Part shown: piece after piece, positions 17,429-27,430 of the stretch
How the letters are laid out: each line of letters begins with the position of its first letter
Position numbering within the stretch: the first letter of the stretch is position 1
From: an uncultured Gemmatimonadales bacterium
GTDB taxonomy: Bacteria; Gemmatimonadota; Gemmatimonadetes; Longimicrobiales; Longimicrobiaceae
NCBI GenBank assembly: GCA_963716255.1
Contig: OY970303.1
Location: 3,136,001 to 3,200,000, forward strand
Reading direction: 5' to 3'
Length of the DNA stretch: 64,000 nucleotides
Made by a program: the position numbers and the translations under genes
The notes under the pieces: model-generated
The model's database searches: none
Told to the model about the DNA's origin: nothing
What the model saw: only the letters and a program-made list of their open reading frames with translations

Positions 17429-19642
17429 TCAGTCCGGCTCCAGCGTCCAGGAGATGGGGATCTGCACCAGCACCGGGACGGCCCTGCCCAGGACCCTGGC
17501 GGGGCTGAACCGCATCGCCGCGACCACCGCGGCGGATGCTCCGGCGAAGCCCGGGTGCGTGGCGGAAAGCACAACGATGCTGCCGGGAACGACCGCGCCC
17601 TCGGCGTCGACCACGAACTTCATCTGCACCAACCCGGTGATGCCGGCGCCGCGGAGGAGCGGCGGGTACACCTCCGCGAGGATCGCCTGCACCTCGTCCG
17701 CGTTGAGGAGCCGCGGCTTGACCTCGGCGTCGGCGACGTCGAGGGTCCGGGAAACCTCTGCCATCCTGGGGTTCCAGCTCGCGGACGTGAAGTCCGGGCT
17801 CACTCTGCCGTCCACCCCGCGGAGCGGCACCTGCATCTCCGTGGGGACGAAGCGGCCGCCCAGCTGCCCGGGGCTGAACCCCACCGGCTTCAGCCGGCCC
17901 CGGAACACACCCAGGGCGTAGGTGCCCGGGTCGGGTGTCAGCTGCACCGTCTCCGTGTCCACCTCGCCCGACGTGTTCAGGACGAAGCGGAGCACGTACT
18001 CGGGCCCGTTCTCCCCCGCGGCATCCGGAACAGGCAGCGACGCGACGGCGGCGAGGAGAGCGGCCGTGTCCTGGAGGACGGGCAGCCTGTCCAGGGCCTC
18101 CGGAGCGAACGCGAACGCGACGGAAGGGTCGTCGGTGGACGGGACGGGCGGGAGCCTGAGCTCCGGGGAGGGCGACGCAGGCTCCGGGCGTCCATTCACC
18201 GTCCCGTTCCAGGTCCCGTCCCCGAGCGCGAGGCTCAGCCCCCCCAAGATCATCGTGAAGGCGATCCCCCACTGCGTGGAGTGCCTGGACGGTGCCATGC
18301 GCCTCGCCAGGACGGTCAGCCCGCCCGCGACCAGGGCGAGGGAAAGCGGTGGCATGGCGGCGGTGACCGTGCCCACCAGGGCGACCAGCAGGGCCGCCAC
18401 GAGCCAGCCGTTGCGAAGCTGGGCCGGAAGCGTCCGGGCTCCCGTCTGCGCGATCGCCCGGAACCGCGGGCGCGGGGCGACGGTGGGCCCGGGCCGCCCG
18501 GGCGCGCGCGCCGCCGCCGGCCGCCGGGGAGCGCGCGCCGGCACGGGCCGGTGACGGTGCTCGCCTCGCCGGACGGCCGCGGCGGAAGGAAACGGGTCGC
18601 GTCCCTCCAGCTGGCGCGCTCGCTCACACCAGGGACAGTCGCCCAGGTGCGGGGCGTAGCGGTGCTGCTCGTTGAGCGTACAGGTGGCGAGCGCTTCCTC
18701 GGCGGCGGCGAGCGCGTCGCGCCACTCCGCGGCGTCCGGGCGCGCGGCCGGGTCGTGGTGCCCGTCCTCGAAGCAGCGGCGCACCAGGGCCCGCACCTCG
18801 GGGGCGAGCAGCTGCAACGGAGGCGCGGTGCGCGGCGGCTCCAGGACGCCGCCCGCGCGCAGGCCGTGGGGGAAGTGCCCGGCCGCGATCCGCTCCTGGA
18901 TGGAGGGCGGCTCCCCCTCCCCCCGGAAGCGTCCGGCGAAAGGGTGCGTCCCCTCCATCAGCAGCTGGAAGACCAGCACCCCCAGCCCGAAGCGGTCGTG
19001 CTCCGGCGCGCGGTCGGTCTCGGCGAAGGAGCGATCGCGCAGCTCCGGCGGGGTGAACTCCGGGCGTCCCACGGGGCAGCGGTACACCGCGCCGGAGACC
19101 GGGTCGCGCACCTGGAAGGAGTCGGTGTCGATGACGACCACGCGTCCGTCCTCGCCCACCAGGATGTTGCTCTCGTTGACGTCGCCCACCACGAAGCCGG
19201 CCTCGTGCAGCTTGTGGAATGCGGCGGCGAGGTTGCGGGCGGCGCGGTGCAGCAGGCCGTGATGGAAGAGCGGGGCGCGCTCGCGGCGGGTGGCGGGGTT
19301 GTACAGCTCGAAGACGCGCAGCTTGCCGTCCACGCGGGGGAGGAGGAGGCCGGCCAGGCGGTCCTCCTCTCCGCGCAGGAGCTCCAGCGGCCAGGCGAAG
19401 ATGCCGGCCCCGGCGCCCATCAGCGCGGCTCCGGCGGGGCTCCGGGCGAGCATCTGGCGGAGCTTGAGCTCCTGCTCCGGAGCGGGGTGGTGGTAGAGCT
19501 TCGCGACGCGGTCGATGCGGCCGGGGACGGGGTAGACCGTGGCCTGGCCGCCCGCCCCCAGCTCGCTCCCGGGGACCAGGAGGAGGGTCTCGCCGCCGCC
19601 GTCGCACCGGACCCGGATCTTGCGGGTCGCCGCTGTTTTCAT
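17429..19642 (-). CDS. TerY-associated (YegI-like) protein kinase fused to TM helices and TonB C-terminal domains
   Basis: GAGGQATVY, VAKLY, GDVNESNILV, IDTDSFQ, Cys/His cluster C..H..CPWC, hydrophobic helices, C-terminal VQMKFVVDAEGAV...MRFSPA...VQIPISW. Confidence 0.85.
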   Translation of the reverse strand: MKTAATRKIRVRCDGGGETLLLVPGSELGAGGQATVYPVPGRIDRVAKLYHHPAPEQELKLRQMLARSPAGAALMGAGAGIFAWPLELLRGEEDRLAGLLLPRVDGKLRVFELYNPATRRERAPLFHHGLLHRAARNLAAAFHKLHEAGFVVGDVNESNILVGEDGRVVVIDTDSFQVRDPVSGAVYRCPVGRPEFTPPELRDRSFAETDRAPEHDRFGLGVLVFQLLMEGTHPFAGRFRGEGEPPSIQERIAAGHFPHGLRAGGVLEPPRTAPPLQLLAPEVRALVRRCFEDGHHDPAARPDAAEWRDALAAAEEALATCTLNEQHRYAPHLGDCPWCERARQLEGRDPFPSAAAVRRGEHRHRPVPARAPRRPAAARAPGRPGPTVAPRPRFRAIAQTGARTLPAQLRNGWLVAALLVALVGTVTAAMPPLSLALVAGGLTVLARRMAPSRHSTQWGIAFTMILGGLSLALGDGTWNGTVNGRPEPASPSPELRLPPVPSTDDPSVAFAFAPEALDRLPVLQDTAALLAAVASLPVPDAAGENGPEYVLRFVLNTSGEVDTETVQLTPDPGTYALGVFRGRLKPVGFSPGQLGGRFVPTEMQVPLRGVDGRVSPDFTSASWNPRMAEVSRTLDVADAEVKPRLLNADEVQAILAEVYPPLLRGAGITGLVQMKFVVDAEGAVVPGSIVVLSATHPGFAGASAAVVAAMRFSPARVLGRAVPVLVQIPISWTLEPD

Positions 19643-20433
19643 GCGAGGGCCGCCAGGAGGAGGGTGAGGTCGTCGTCCGCCCGCTCGGAGATGCGCGGGC
19701 CCGCCAGGTACGCCCGGAGCCGGCCGGAGGCGCGCTCCGGGTCCGCTTCCTCGGCCGCGAAGCGGAAGAGCGGCTCGAAGAAGGGGGCGTGCGGCGTGAA
19801 GCCCGGCATGCGCAGCGCCAGGAGCTGCAGGCCGTCCGTGAGCAGCGCCAGGTGCGACGGCGCGGCCTCCAGCGCGGCGGCGCGCAACGGCTCCAGCGCG
19901 CCGGGCGAGGTCAGGAAGACCGTCTCGTTCAGGTACTCGCCGCGGGGCGCCGCGACCCCGGCCACGTGAAGGACGCCGTCCCGGCCGCGTACCACCACGG
20001 CGCCGTCCCCCACCTGCGCCGCGACCGCCCGCTCCGGCCCGGCGATGGCGGCGGCCAGCGTGGTGGCCAGGTCGGAGGGGTCTGCGCCCCGGCCGGCCGC
20101 CTCCTCGATCACCGCTTCCAGCGCCGCGTGGAAACCGCGCTCCAGGACCGTTCCCACGTCGGCATCCGGGTCCGCGGCGAGGGCGTCGCGAACCGAATCG
20201 ACCAGGGCGTCCGCGGCGATCCGGGCGCCCGTCTCGGCGAGAGGCGCCGATCCGGCCCCGTCGGCGACGGCGGCGACCAGTCGCCCGCCCGGGAGCGCGC
20301 TCCAGCGGTGCGCGTCCTGGCAGGGAACGCCGGCGCGCAGGTGGGCCACGCCCTGCACGGAGGCGGCGGCCACCCGCCAGCCCGGGGCCGCGACGGCTCC
20401 CGGCGCCGCGGCGGCGCTCAGATCTCCGCCCAT
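19639..20433 (-). CDS. PP2C-like phosphatase (YegK-like)
   Basis: ASVQGVAH..PCQD, AVADGAGSA, LLTDGL, DDLTL; overlaps both neighbours. Confidence 0.88.
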   Translation of the reverse strand: MGGDLSAAAAPGAVAAPGWRVAAASVQGVAHLRAGVPCQDAHRWSALPGGRLVAAVADGAGSAPLAETGARIAADALVDSVRDALAADPDADVGTVLERGFHAALEAVIEEAAGRGADPSDLATTLAAAIAGPERAVAAQVGDGAVVVRGRDGVLHVAGVAAPRGEYLNETVFLTSPGALEPLRAAALEAAPSHLALLTDGLQLLALRMPGFTPHAPFFEPLFRFAAEEADPERASGRLRAYLAGPRISERADDDLTLLLAALA

Positions 20434-21095
20434 CCGGCCGGCGGGAGCGCTACCCGGTCCTCCGGGCGCGAGTGGGCGATGCTCTGCATGCTGCGCGACA
20501 GCCAGACGAAGAGCTGGCGGAAGTCCAGCCCGCGCAGCTTGAGCGGCGCGCGCACGGAGATCTCCGCCAGCCGCTTGAGGTTCGCGCCCTCCACCCCCAC
20601 GGCGAAGAAGGCCACGCGCTTTTCCGCTTCCGCGGCGCGCAGGCGGCGGGCGGCCTCCGACACCTCGGCGGGGCTCTCCCCCTGCGGTTCGCCGTCGGTG
20701 ACCATGAACACCCAGGGTCGGTAGTAGGCCACGTCGTGCGCCCGGTAGTCGGCCTTGCGGGCCTCCACCAGGTCCAGCGCCGCCTGGATCCCCGCGGCCA
20801 TGTGCGTGCGCCCGGAGGCGGCCAGCGCGGGCGGCTCCAGCCGGTCGGGCTGCACGAAGTCCTGCACCACGTGGACGTGGGTGTCGAAGGTGACCACCGC
20901 CACCTCCACCCGGCGGGCGCTCACGGGGTCCAGCAGCACGTCGTAGCGGAACGCCTCGATCCCGTCGCGCAGCGCCTGGATGGGCTTGCCGTCCATGGAG
21001 CCGGAAGTGTCCAGCAGCAGGACGCACGGGCACCGGGGCTCCGGGTTCTCGGCGAACTCCACGGCGTCTTCGAAGTCGAACGGCACGGTGGGCAC
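20418..21095 (-). CDS. terY: TerY family vWA protein (YegL-like)
   Basis: NPEPRCPCVLLLDTSGSM MIDAS, YYRPWVFMVTDGEP, LFVWLSRS. Confidence 0.9.
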   Translation of the reverse strand: MPTVPFDFEDAVEFAENPEPRCPCVLLLDTSGSMDGKPIQALRDGIEAFRYDVLLDPVSARRVEVAVVTFDTHVHVVQDFVQPDRLEPPALAASGRTHMAAGIQAALDLVEARKADYRAHDVAYYRPWVFMVTDGEPQGESPAEVSEAARRLRAAEAEKRVAFFAVGVEGANLKRLAEISVRAPLKLRGLDFRQLFVWLSRSMQSIAHSRPEDRVALPPAGWAEI

Positions 21096-21350
21096 TCGTC
21101 CTGTTTTCTGGTGGTCGCGCGGGGCCGCCCCGAAGCCTGCCGGGCCGCCCGGTGAGGCAGCAATCGGCATACCCCGTCCACAGGCGCCATTTCTCCGCCG
21201 GGCGTGGGAGTGCCGTGCCCCGGGTCGTGTGCGTCACCCGTGTCCCGGCCGTGGCGCGGACGCTGCCGCCTGCCCCGATCATGACGAGAAAACGCCTGCC
21301 CGCGTTTCAGTGCGGGCAGGCGTTCGGCGGATCGATGGGGAGATCCCGGC

Positions 21351-22460
21351 TCAGGAATCGCCGCCGGGCGCGCCCACGATGCTGGAGACCTGGATCCGGT
21401 CCGGCGGGGCGGCGCCCTCCGGGTCCGCGTCCGCCCGCGCGGGGGCGGGCTGCGCCGTGGTGCCGACGGTGACCGAGGGCGGGGGGGCCGCCCCGGCGGC
21501 GGACGGCTCGGCGGGCACCATGGCGGTCACCATCTCGGCGAGGAGCCTGGACACGTCCTCCGGCGCGGCGCCCGCGGCGATCTGCTGGCGCAGCTCCACC
21601 AGGCGCGAGGCCACGCCCAGGCGGGCGGCTGCGGCGTCCTCGGCGGCGCGCGCGGCCGAGGCCTGCTCGCGGAGCGCGGCCTCCTCGCGCGGGTCGGCGC
21701 GGAACACGCTCTCCACCGTGCCGATGAGCCGGTTGAGGATGCGGTAGACGGCGGATGCGGAGAATCCGCCGAGCATCGCCAGCGTGGGGCGGGCGAGCGC
21801 CTGGGCCCGGCTCGCGCCTTCGGCACCGGCCGCGGCGGCGCCCTCCAGACCGTCCAGCGGGATCAGCGCCACCAGGATGAAGCCGGCGATGACGCCGATG
21901 AGGAACTTGATCCAGTACGACGACTCGTACCTGGAGTCGTAGCTCCGGTTCACGATGAACTCGTTGACCTGGAAGAGCATGGCGAACGAGGCGCCCACTC
22001 CCGCGGAGGCGAGCCAGAACACCTCGTTGGTCAGCAGGTTGAGCCCGGAGGAGTCGAGCACGTCGCCGCTGGCGTGGCTCACCTTGGCGGACAGGCTGCT
22101 GGCGATGAACAGCGTCACCGACACGAATGCCGCCAGCGCCATGCGGCGCACCAGCCGGACCGGTCCGGGGAGCCGGAGTATCCCCTTCTGCCTGGCGTCC
22201 TCCTGCGCGAACAGCACCAGGGCGCGCGGGGTGGCGGGAGCGACCAGCTTCGCCAGGCGCTCGTGCGCGCCGGCAAGGGCCGCGAGGTCGGAGGTGCCGG
22301 CCGGCGGGGCGGCGCGGGCGGCGTCCACCGTTTCCACCAGCGCCGCGGAAACGCGGATCCCGGAGGAGAGCGCGTAGCGGACCATCTCGGTGCACTCGCG
22401 CACCATCTGGACGCGGAGGCCGGGCTCGGCCGTGTGGGGGCGATGCTCGGAGCTGGGCAT
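21351..22460 (-). CDS. Hypothetical membrane protein
   Basis: MPSSEHRPH start; about four TM helices then a helical tail. Confidence 0.65.
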   Translation of the reverse strand: MPSSEHRPHTAEPGLRVQMVRECTEMVRYALSSGIRVSAALVETVDAARAAPPAGTSDLAALAGAHERLAKLVAPATPRALVLFAQEDARQKGILRLPGPVRLVRRMALAAFVSVTLFIASSLSAKVSHASGDVLDSSGLNLLTNEVFWLASAGVGASFAMLFQVNEFIVNRSYDSRYESSYWIKFLIGVIAGFILVALIPLDGLEGAAAAGAEGASRAQALARPTLAMLGGFSASAVYRILNRLIGTVESVFRADPREEAALREQASAARAAEDAAAARLGVASRLVELRQQIAAGAAPEDVSRLLAEMVTAMVPAEPSAAGAAPPPSVTVGTTAQPAPARADADPEGAAPPDRIQVSSIVGAPGGDS

Positions 22461-22649
22461 GGCGGGACGGAGGGTGTGGGACGGGGAGGGAAACGGACGG
22501 CGCGGGAGCGCCTGCAACAAGTTAGCACGGGGAAACGCCGTCGGGAAGTAAAACGTGCGGCGGCCGGGGCGCGGGCGATGGTTCAGGGATGCACGATACA
22601 GCGGTGCAGGCCTTGTGCGCGCCTCCGCTCCACGCATAGCTTTTCGGTC

Positions 22650-25310
22650 ATGGACCGAAACCGCTTTCTCCGCGCCGGCCTGCTGGCCGCCACCCTCGCC
22701 GCCGCCCCCGCGCTCCCCGCGCCGGCCCCCGCGCAGCAGGCGGGCGCCAGCGAGTACGAGGGCGCCGCCGGGCTGGGGCTCGCGCTGCGCCGCCTGGGCA
22801 CCGCCAAGCGGGTGCTGATGATCGGCGCGCACCCCGACGACGAATACACGCCGCTGCTCGCGCACCTGGCGCTGGGCGAGGGGGCGGACGTGGCCTACCT
22901 GTCGCTCACGCGCGGCGAGGGCGGGCAGAACGGGATCGGGACGGAGCTGGGCGAGGCGCTGGGGATCCTGCGTACCGAGGAGCTGCTGGCGGCGCGCCGG
23001 GCGGACGGCGCGGAGCAGTTCTTCTCGCGCGCGTACGACTTCGGCTTCAGCAAGAACGCGGACGAGGCGTTCCGCCACTGGCCGCGCGAGGAATTGCTGC
23101 GCGACGCGGTGGCCGTCATCCGCCGCTACCGGCCGGACGTGGTGGTTACGGTGTTCAGCGGCACCCCGGCGGACGGGCACGGGCAGCACCAGGTGTCGGC
23201 TCTCGTGGGGCGCGAGGCGTTCGAGGCCGCGGGCGACCCCGGCCGCTTCCCGGAGCAGCTGGCCGCGGGGCTGCGCCCCCACCGCGCCGCAAAGCTCTAC
23301 CAGTCGCTCTGGCGCGGCGCGGAAAGTTCCACGCTGCGCCTCCAGGTGGGCGCCTTCGACCCGCTGCTGGGCCGCTCGCCGTACCAGCTCGCCATGGCCA
23401 GCCGCTCGCGCCACCGCTCGCAGGACATGGGGCGCCCGGAGCCGGCCGGGCCGCAGTGGGCGTACCTGCGCCGCTTCCCCGCCGCGGGCCCGGCGAGCGA
23501 CGCCGCCGCGCCCGAGGCCTCGCTCTTCGCGGGGATCGACAGCACGCTCTCCGCCGCCACGATCGCCGACGCGGGGCGCCGGGGGCGGCTGGGCGCCGCC
23601 TTTGCCGAGTACCAGTCGCTCGCGCAGCGCCTGCGGCGCGAGGCCAATCCCCTGGAGCCGGGGCGGCTGGTGCCGGAATTGGCCCGCGCGCTGGCGCTGC
23701 TGGACCGGGCGGACGCGGCGCTCGCCGGGGACGCCTCCCCGGCCGCGGAGGAGCTGCGCTTCCGGGTGGCGGCGGAGCGCGAGGACGCGCGCGCGGCGCT
23801 GGCGCGGGCCGCGGGGGTGGTGTTCGAGGCCACGGCGGACGACGCGCGCATCGTCCCCGGCGAAACGCTGACGGTCACCGCCACGCTGTGGAACGGCGGC
23901 GAGGCCGCGGTGCGCGTGGCCGCGCTGGAGCCGGCGCTCCCGCCCGGGTGGACGGCGGAGCCGCTGGACTCGCTGGCGCCGGCGGTGGCGCCCGGCGCGG
24001 TGGCCGCGCGCCGCTTCCGGGTGCGCGTCCCCGCCGACGCCGCGGCGAGCGGGGCGTACTTCCTGCGCCGCCCGCGCGCCGGCGACCTGTACGCCTGGAC
24101 CGGCGACCGGGGCGTGGACGGGCTTCCCTTCGAGCCGGCGCCGGTGCGTGTCCGCGCCCGGGTCGCCGTGGAATCCGCCGAGCTGCCGCTCGCGGCGGAG
24201 GCCACCTTCCGCGAGGTGGACCCGCGGCAGGGCGAGCTGCGGCGGCCGGTGCTGGTGGTCCCCGCCGTGTCCGTGCTGCTGGAGCCGGCGGCCAGCGTGC
24301 TCGCCGTGCCGGAGGCGGGGGGCGGCGCCTCCCCCGCCCCGCTCCGCTACCGGGTGCGCCTGCGCGCCGAGGCGCCGGGCGGGATCGCCGGGACGCTGCG
24401 GCTGGCGCTCCCCCGCGGCTGGAGCGCGGAGCCGCAGGCCGCGCCGGTGCGCTTCGCGGCGCCGGGCGAGCAGCGCGAGGTGGACTTCCGGGTGCGCGCC
24501 CCCGCCGGGGTGGCCCCGGGCGACTACCCGGTGCGCGCGGCGTTCGAGGCGGAGGACGGGCGGCGCTTCGAGCGCGGGGTGCAGTGGGTGGACTACCCGC
24601 ACGTGCGCGCCCGGCCGCTGCTGCACGACGCGGCCTCGCGGGTCCGCGCGGCGGACGTGCGGGTGCCGCGCGGGCTGAAGGTGGCGTACGTCACCGGCGC
24701 AGGCGAGGAGGGGCCGGGGGTGCTGGAGCAGCTGGGCATCGTCCCCGACCTGCTGGACGTGGAGGCGCTGGCGACGCGCGACCTGTCGCGCTACGACGTG
24801 GTCGTGGCCGGGAGCCGCGCCTACGAGGTACGCCCCGACCTGGCCGCGCACAACGCCCGGCTGCTGGAGTACGTGCGCCGCGGCGGCACGCTGATCGTGC
24901 AGTACAACAAGTACGAGCTGGTGGAGGGCGGCTTCACCCCGTACCCGCTCACCATGGCGCGGCCGCACGACCGGGTGACGGACGAGGCCGCCCCGGTGCG
25001 GGTGCTGGACCCCGCGCACCCGGTGTTCACCTGGCCCAACCGCATCACGGAGCGCGACTTCGAGGGATGGATCCAGGAGCGCGGCCTGTACTTCGCCCGG
25101 ACCTGGGACCCGCGCTACACGCCGCTGCTGGAGACCGGGGACCCGGGCGAGGCGCCGCTGCGCGGCGCCCTGCTGGTGGCGCCGTACGGCGAGGGGACGT
25201 ACGTGTACACCGGCCTGGCCTTCTTCCGTCAGCTCCCGGAGGGGGTGCCCGGTGCGTGGCGGCTGTTCGCCAACCTGCTGGCGCTGGGCGCGGACCGCCC
25301 GGCGCGCTGA
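22650..25310 (+). CDS. Exported PIG-L/LmbE family deacetylase with NEW3-like and class I GATase-like domains
   Basis: Signal peptide, IGAHPDDE, SLTRGEGGQN, HGQHQ, GGTLIVQYN. Confidence 0.88.
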   Translation: MDRNRFLRAGLLAATLAAAPALPAPAPAQQAGASEYEGAAGLGLALRRLGTAKRVLMIGAHPDDEYTPLLAHLALGEGADVAYLSLTRGEGGQNGIGTELGEALGILRTEELLAARRADGAEQFFSRAYDFGFSKNADEAFRHWPREELLRDAVAVIRRYRPDVVVTVFSGTPADGHGQHQVSALVGREAFEAAGDPGRFPEQLAAGLRPHRAAKLYQSLWRGAESSTLRLQVGAFDPLLGRSPYQLAMASRSRHRSQDMGRPEPAGPQWAYLRRFPAAGPASDAAAPEASLFAGIDSTLSAATIADAGRRGRLGAAFAEYQSLAQRLRREANPLEPGRLVPELARALALLDRADAALAGDASPAAEELRFRVAAEREDARAALARAAGVVFEATADDARIVPGETLTVTATLWNGGEAAVRVAALEPALPPGWTAEPLDSLAPAVAPGAVAARRFRVRVPADAAASGAYFLRRPRAGDLYAWTGDRGVDGLPFEPAPVRVRARVAVESAELPLAAEATFREVDPRQGELRRPVLVVPAVSVLLEPAASVLAVPEAGGGASPAPLRYRVRLRAEAPGGIAGTLRLALPRGWSAEPQAAPVRFAAPGEQREVDFRVRAPAGVAPGDYPVRAAFEAEDGRRFERGVQWVDYPHVRARPLLHDAASRVRAADVRVPRGLKVAYVTGAGEEGPGVLEQLGIVPDLLDVEALATRDLSRYDVVVAGSRAYEVRPDLAAHNARLLEYVRRGGTLIVQYNKYELVEGGFTPYPLTMARPHDRVTDEAAPVRVLDPAHPVFTWPNRITERDFEGWIQERGLYFARTWDPRYTPLLETGDPGEAPLRGALLVAPYGEGTYVYTGLAFFRQLPEGVPGAWRLFANLLALGADRPAR

Positions 25311-25332
25311 CCCGACGAGCGAGGAGGGGCCC

Positions 25333-26076
25333 ATGTCCATCGGGAGCCACGAGGAGCTGGAGGCGCTGCGGCGCGTGGGGCGGGTGGTGCGGCGGGCGCT
25401 GGACGCCATGGAGCGCGAGGTGCGCCCGGGCGTCGCCACCGGCGACCTGGACCTCGTGGGCGCGCGGGTGCTGGAGGAGCACGGCGCCCGCTCGGCTCCG
25501 CACGTGGTGTACGGCTTCCCGGGGGCCATCTGCATCAGCGTCAACGACGAGGCGGTGCACGGCATTCCCGGAGGCCGCACGCTGCGGCCGGGCGACCTGG
25601 TGAAGCTGGACGTGACCGCGGAGCTGGACGGCTTCATGGCGGACGCCGCGGTCACCGTCCCGGTGGCGCCCGCGACGGAAACGGGGCGGCGCCTGGCGGC
25701 GTGCGCGCGGGTGGCGTTCGAGCAGGCGATGAAGGTGGCCCGCGCGGGCCGGCGGGTGAACGACATCGGGCGGGCGGTGGAGGCGGAGGTGGGGCGCCGC
25801 GGCTTCGCGGTGATCCGCGACCTGGCGGGCCACGGGATCGGCCGCACCATCCACGAGGAGCCCTCGGTCCCCAACTACTACGACTGGCGGGCCCGCGCGC
25901 CGCTCACCGAGGGGTTGGTGATCACGGTGGAGCCCATCGTGGCGGAGCGCACCGGCGACTGCGTGGAGGACGACGATGGGTGGACGGTGCGCACCGCCGA
26001 CGGCGGCTGGGTCGCGCACCACGAGCACACCCTGGTCATCACCCGCGGCCGCCCCATCCTGCTGACCGCCGCGTGA
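25333..26076 (+). CDS. map: Type I methionine aminopeptidase
   Basis: CISVNDEAVHGIP, KLDV, GHGIG..IHEEP, TVEP, HEHT. Confidence 0.93.
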   Translation: MSIGSHEELEALRRVGRVVRRALDAMEREVRPGVATGDLDLVGARVLEEHGARSAPHVVYGFPGAICISVNDEAVHGIPGGRTLRPGDLVKLDVTAELDGFMADAAVTVPVAPATETGRRLAACARVAFEQAMKVARAGRRVNDIGRAVEAEVGRRGFAVIRDLAGHGIGRTIHEEPSVPNYYDWRARAPLTEGLVITVEPIVAERTGDCVEDDDGWTVRTADGGWVAHHEHTLVITRGRPILLTAA

Positions 26077-26941
26077 CGTGCCCCCCGTCGCGGCCGCCCC
26101 TGCTGCGGGCCGCGCTGCTCCCGGCGCTCGCGCTCCTGGCCGCGGGGTGCGCGGCCGAGGCGCGCACGCCCCGCGCGGAGGCGCCCGCCGCGACGTGGGC
26201 GGAGGGCGGCCCGGCGCCGGACCTGTCCGCCGCCTTCGGGGCCACGCCGGGAACCCTGGTGGTGCTGGACGCGCGCACCGGGCGCGAGGCGCGCCACGAC
26301 GCGGAGCGGAGCCGCCGCCGGATGTCGCCGTTCTCCACCTTCAAGGTCGCCAACTCCCTCATCGCCCTGGAGACGGGCGCCATTCCGGGGACCGACTACC
26401 GGATGAAGTGGGACAGCATCCGCGACCCGCGCAGGCCGTTCATGCCCGCCTGGTACCAGGACCACGACATGCGCTCGGCGATGCGGGCCTCGGTGGTCTG
26501 GTACTACAAGGAGGTGGCGCGGCGGATCGGGCCGGAGCGCATGCGGGGGCACCTGGAGCGGGTCGGCTACGGCAACGCGGACATCTCCGGGGGGATCGAC
26601 CGCTTCTGGCTGGCCTCCTCGCTACGCATCTCGGCGGAAGAGCAGGTGGGCTTCCTGCGGCGCTTCCACGCGGGCGAGCTGTTCTCGCCGCGTACGACGC
26701 AGGCGGTCAAGGACATCCTGGTGCTGGAGGAGACGCCCGCGTACCGCCTCAGCGGCAAGACCGGCGGCGGGAGCGTGGACGGGCACGGTCTGGGGTGGCT
26801 GGTGGGCTACGTGGAGCGCGGCGGCAGCGTGTACTTCTTCGCGGCCAACGTGGACGGCAGGACTACGAGGCCATCGCCGACCGCCGGCACGAGGTGACGA
26901 GGGCGGCGCTGCGCGAGCTCGGAGTGCTGCCGGACCGCTGA
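26073..26941 (+). pseudogene. Class D beta-lactamase-like lipoprotein with a frameshift near 26856-26860
   Basis: LLAAGC lipobox, STFK, SVVWYY, YGN, KTG; expected C-terminus (RHEVTRAALRELGVL) is in another frame. Confidence 0.7.
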
Positions 26942-26965
26942 ACGGCCGGGTTAACTACTGGGTTC

Positions 26966-27094
26966 GGGCGTGCCCCCGGCTGTCGCCGGGGTCGGGCTTC
27001 GGCTCCGTAACGCACGAAACAACCGTGCGTAACGGAGTCGAGCCCCGGCAAACAGCCGCCGGGTCTCGCCCCTCCGGGCCGAAATCCCTCACGC
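26966..27094 (+). repeat. Family A structured repeat, copy 4
   Basis: Same scaffold. Confidence 0.9.
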
Positions 27095-27195
27095 GGGTTT
27101 CGCGCTGGCGTCCGCTGAGGGCCCCCACCCGGCGGCCTGAGAGCCGCCACCCTCCCCCAATTCTGGGGGAGGGCTGCCCGGGCCTCGCGGTCGCA

Positions 27196-27243
27196 GTGCT
27201 CCCCCTCTCCCGCTTGCGGGGGAGGGGGCCGGGGGGAGGGGGC
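27196..27243 (+). repeat. Family C REP-like palindromic repeat
   Basis: GTGCTCCCCCTCTCCCGCTTGCGGGGGAGGGGGCCGGGGGGAGGGGGC, repeated at 39344..39391; variants near 56420 and 61500. Confidence 0.8.
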
Positions 27244-27264
27244 CGCCGTTGCCGTGCCCTGCCG

Positions 27265-27410
27265 TTCCCACATGATGTTGCGGAGGGAGACTCGCCGGCA
27301 GTTTGGCGAGGCTCACGGAGCCGGAGCGGAGACACCGGGGTAGTTTCCGGTGGCTCCGCGACCCGCGTAGGAAACAGGCCGGCAGTTTGGCCTGGTTCCG
27401 GAGCGGCCCC
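27265..27410 (+). repeat. Family B three-hairpin repeat, copy 1
   Basis: Similar to the reverse complement of 48879..49024. Confidence 0.85.
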
Positions 27411-27430
27411 AACCACCAGGCCAAATCGGA

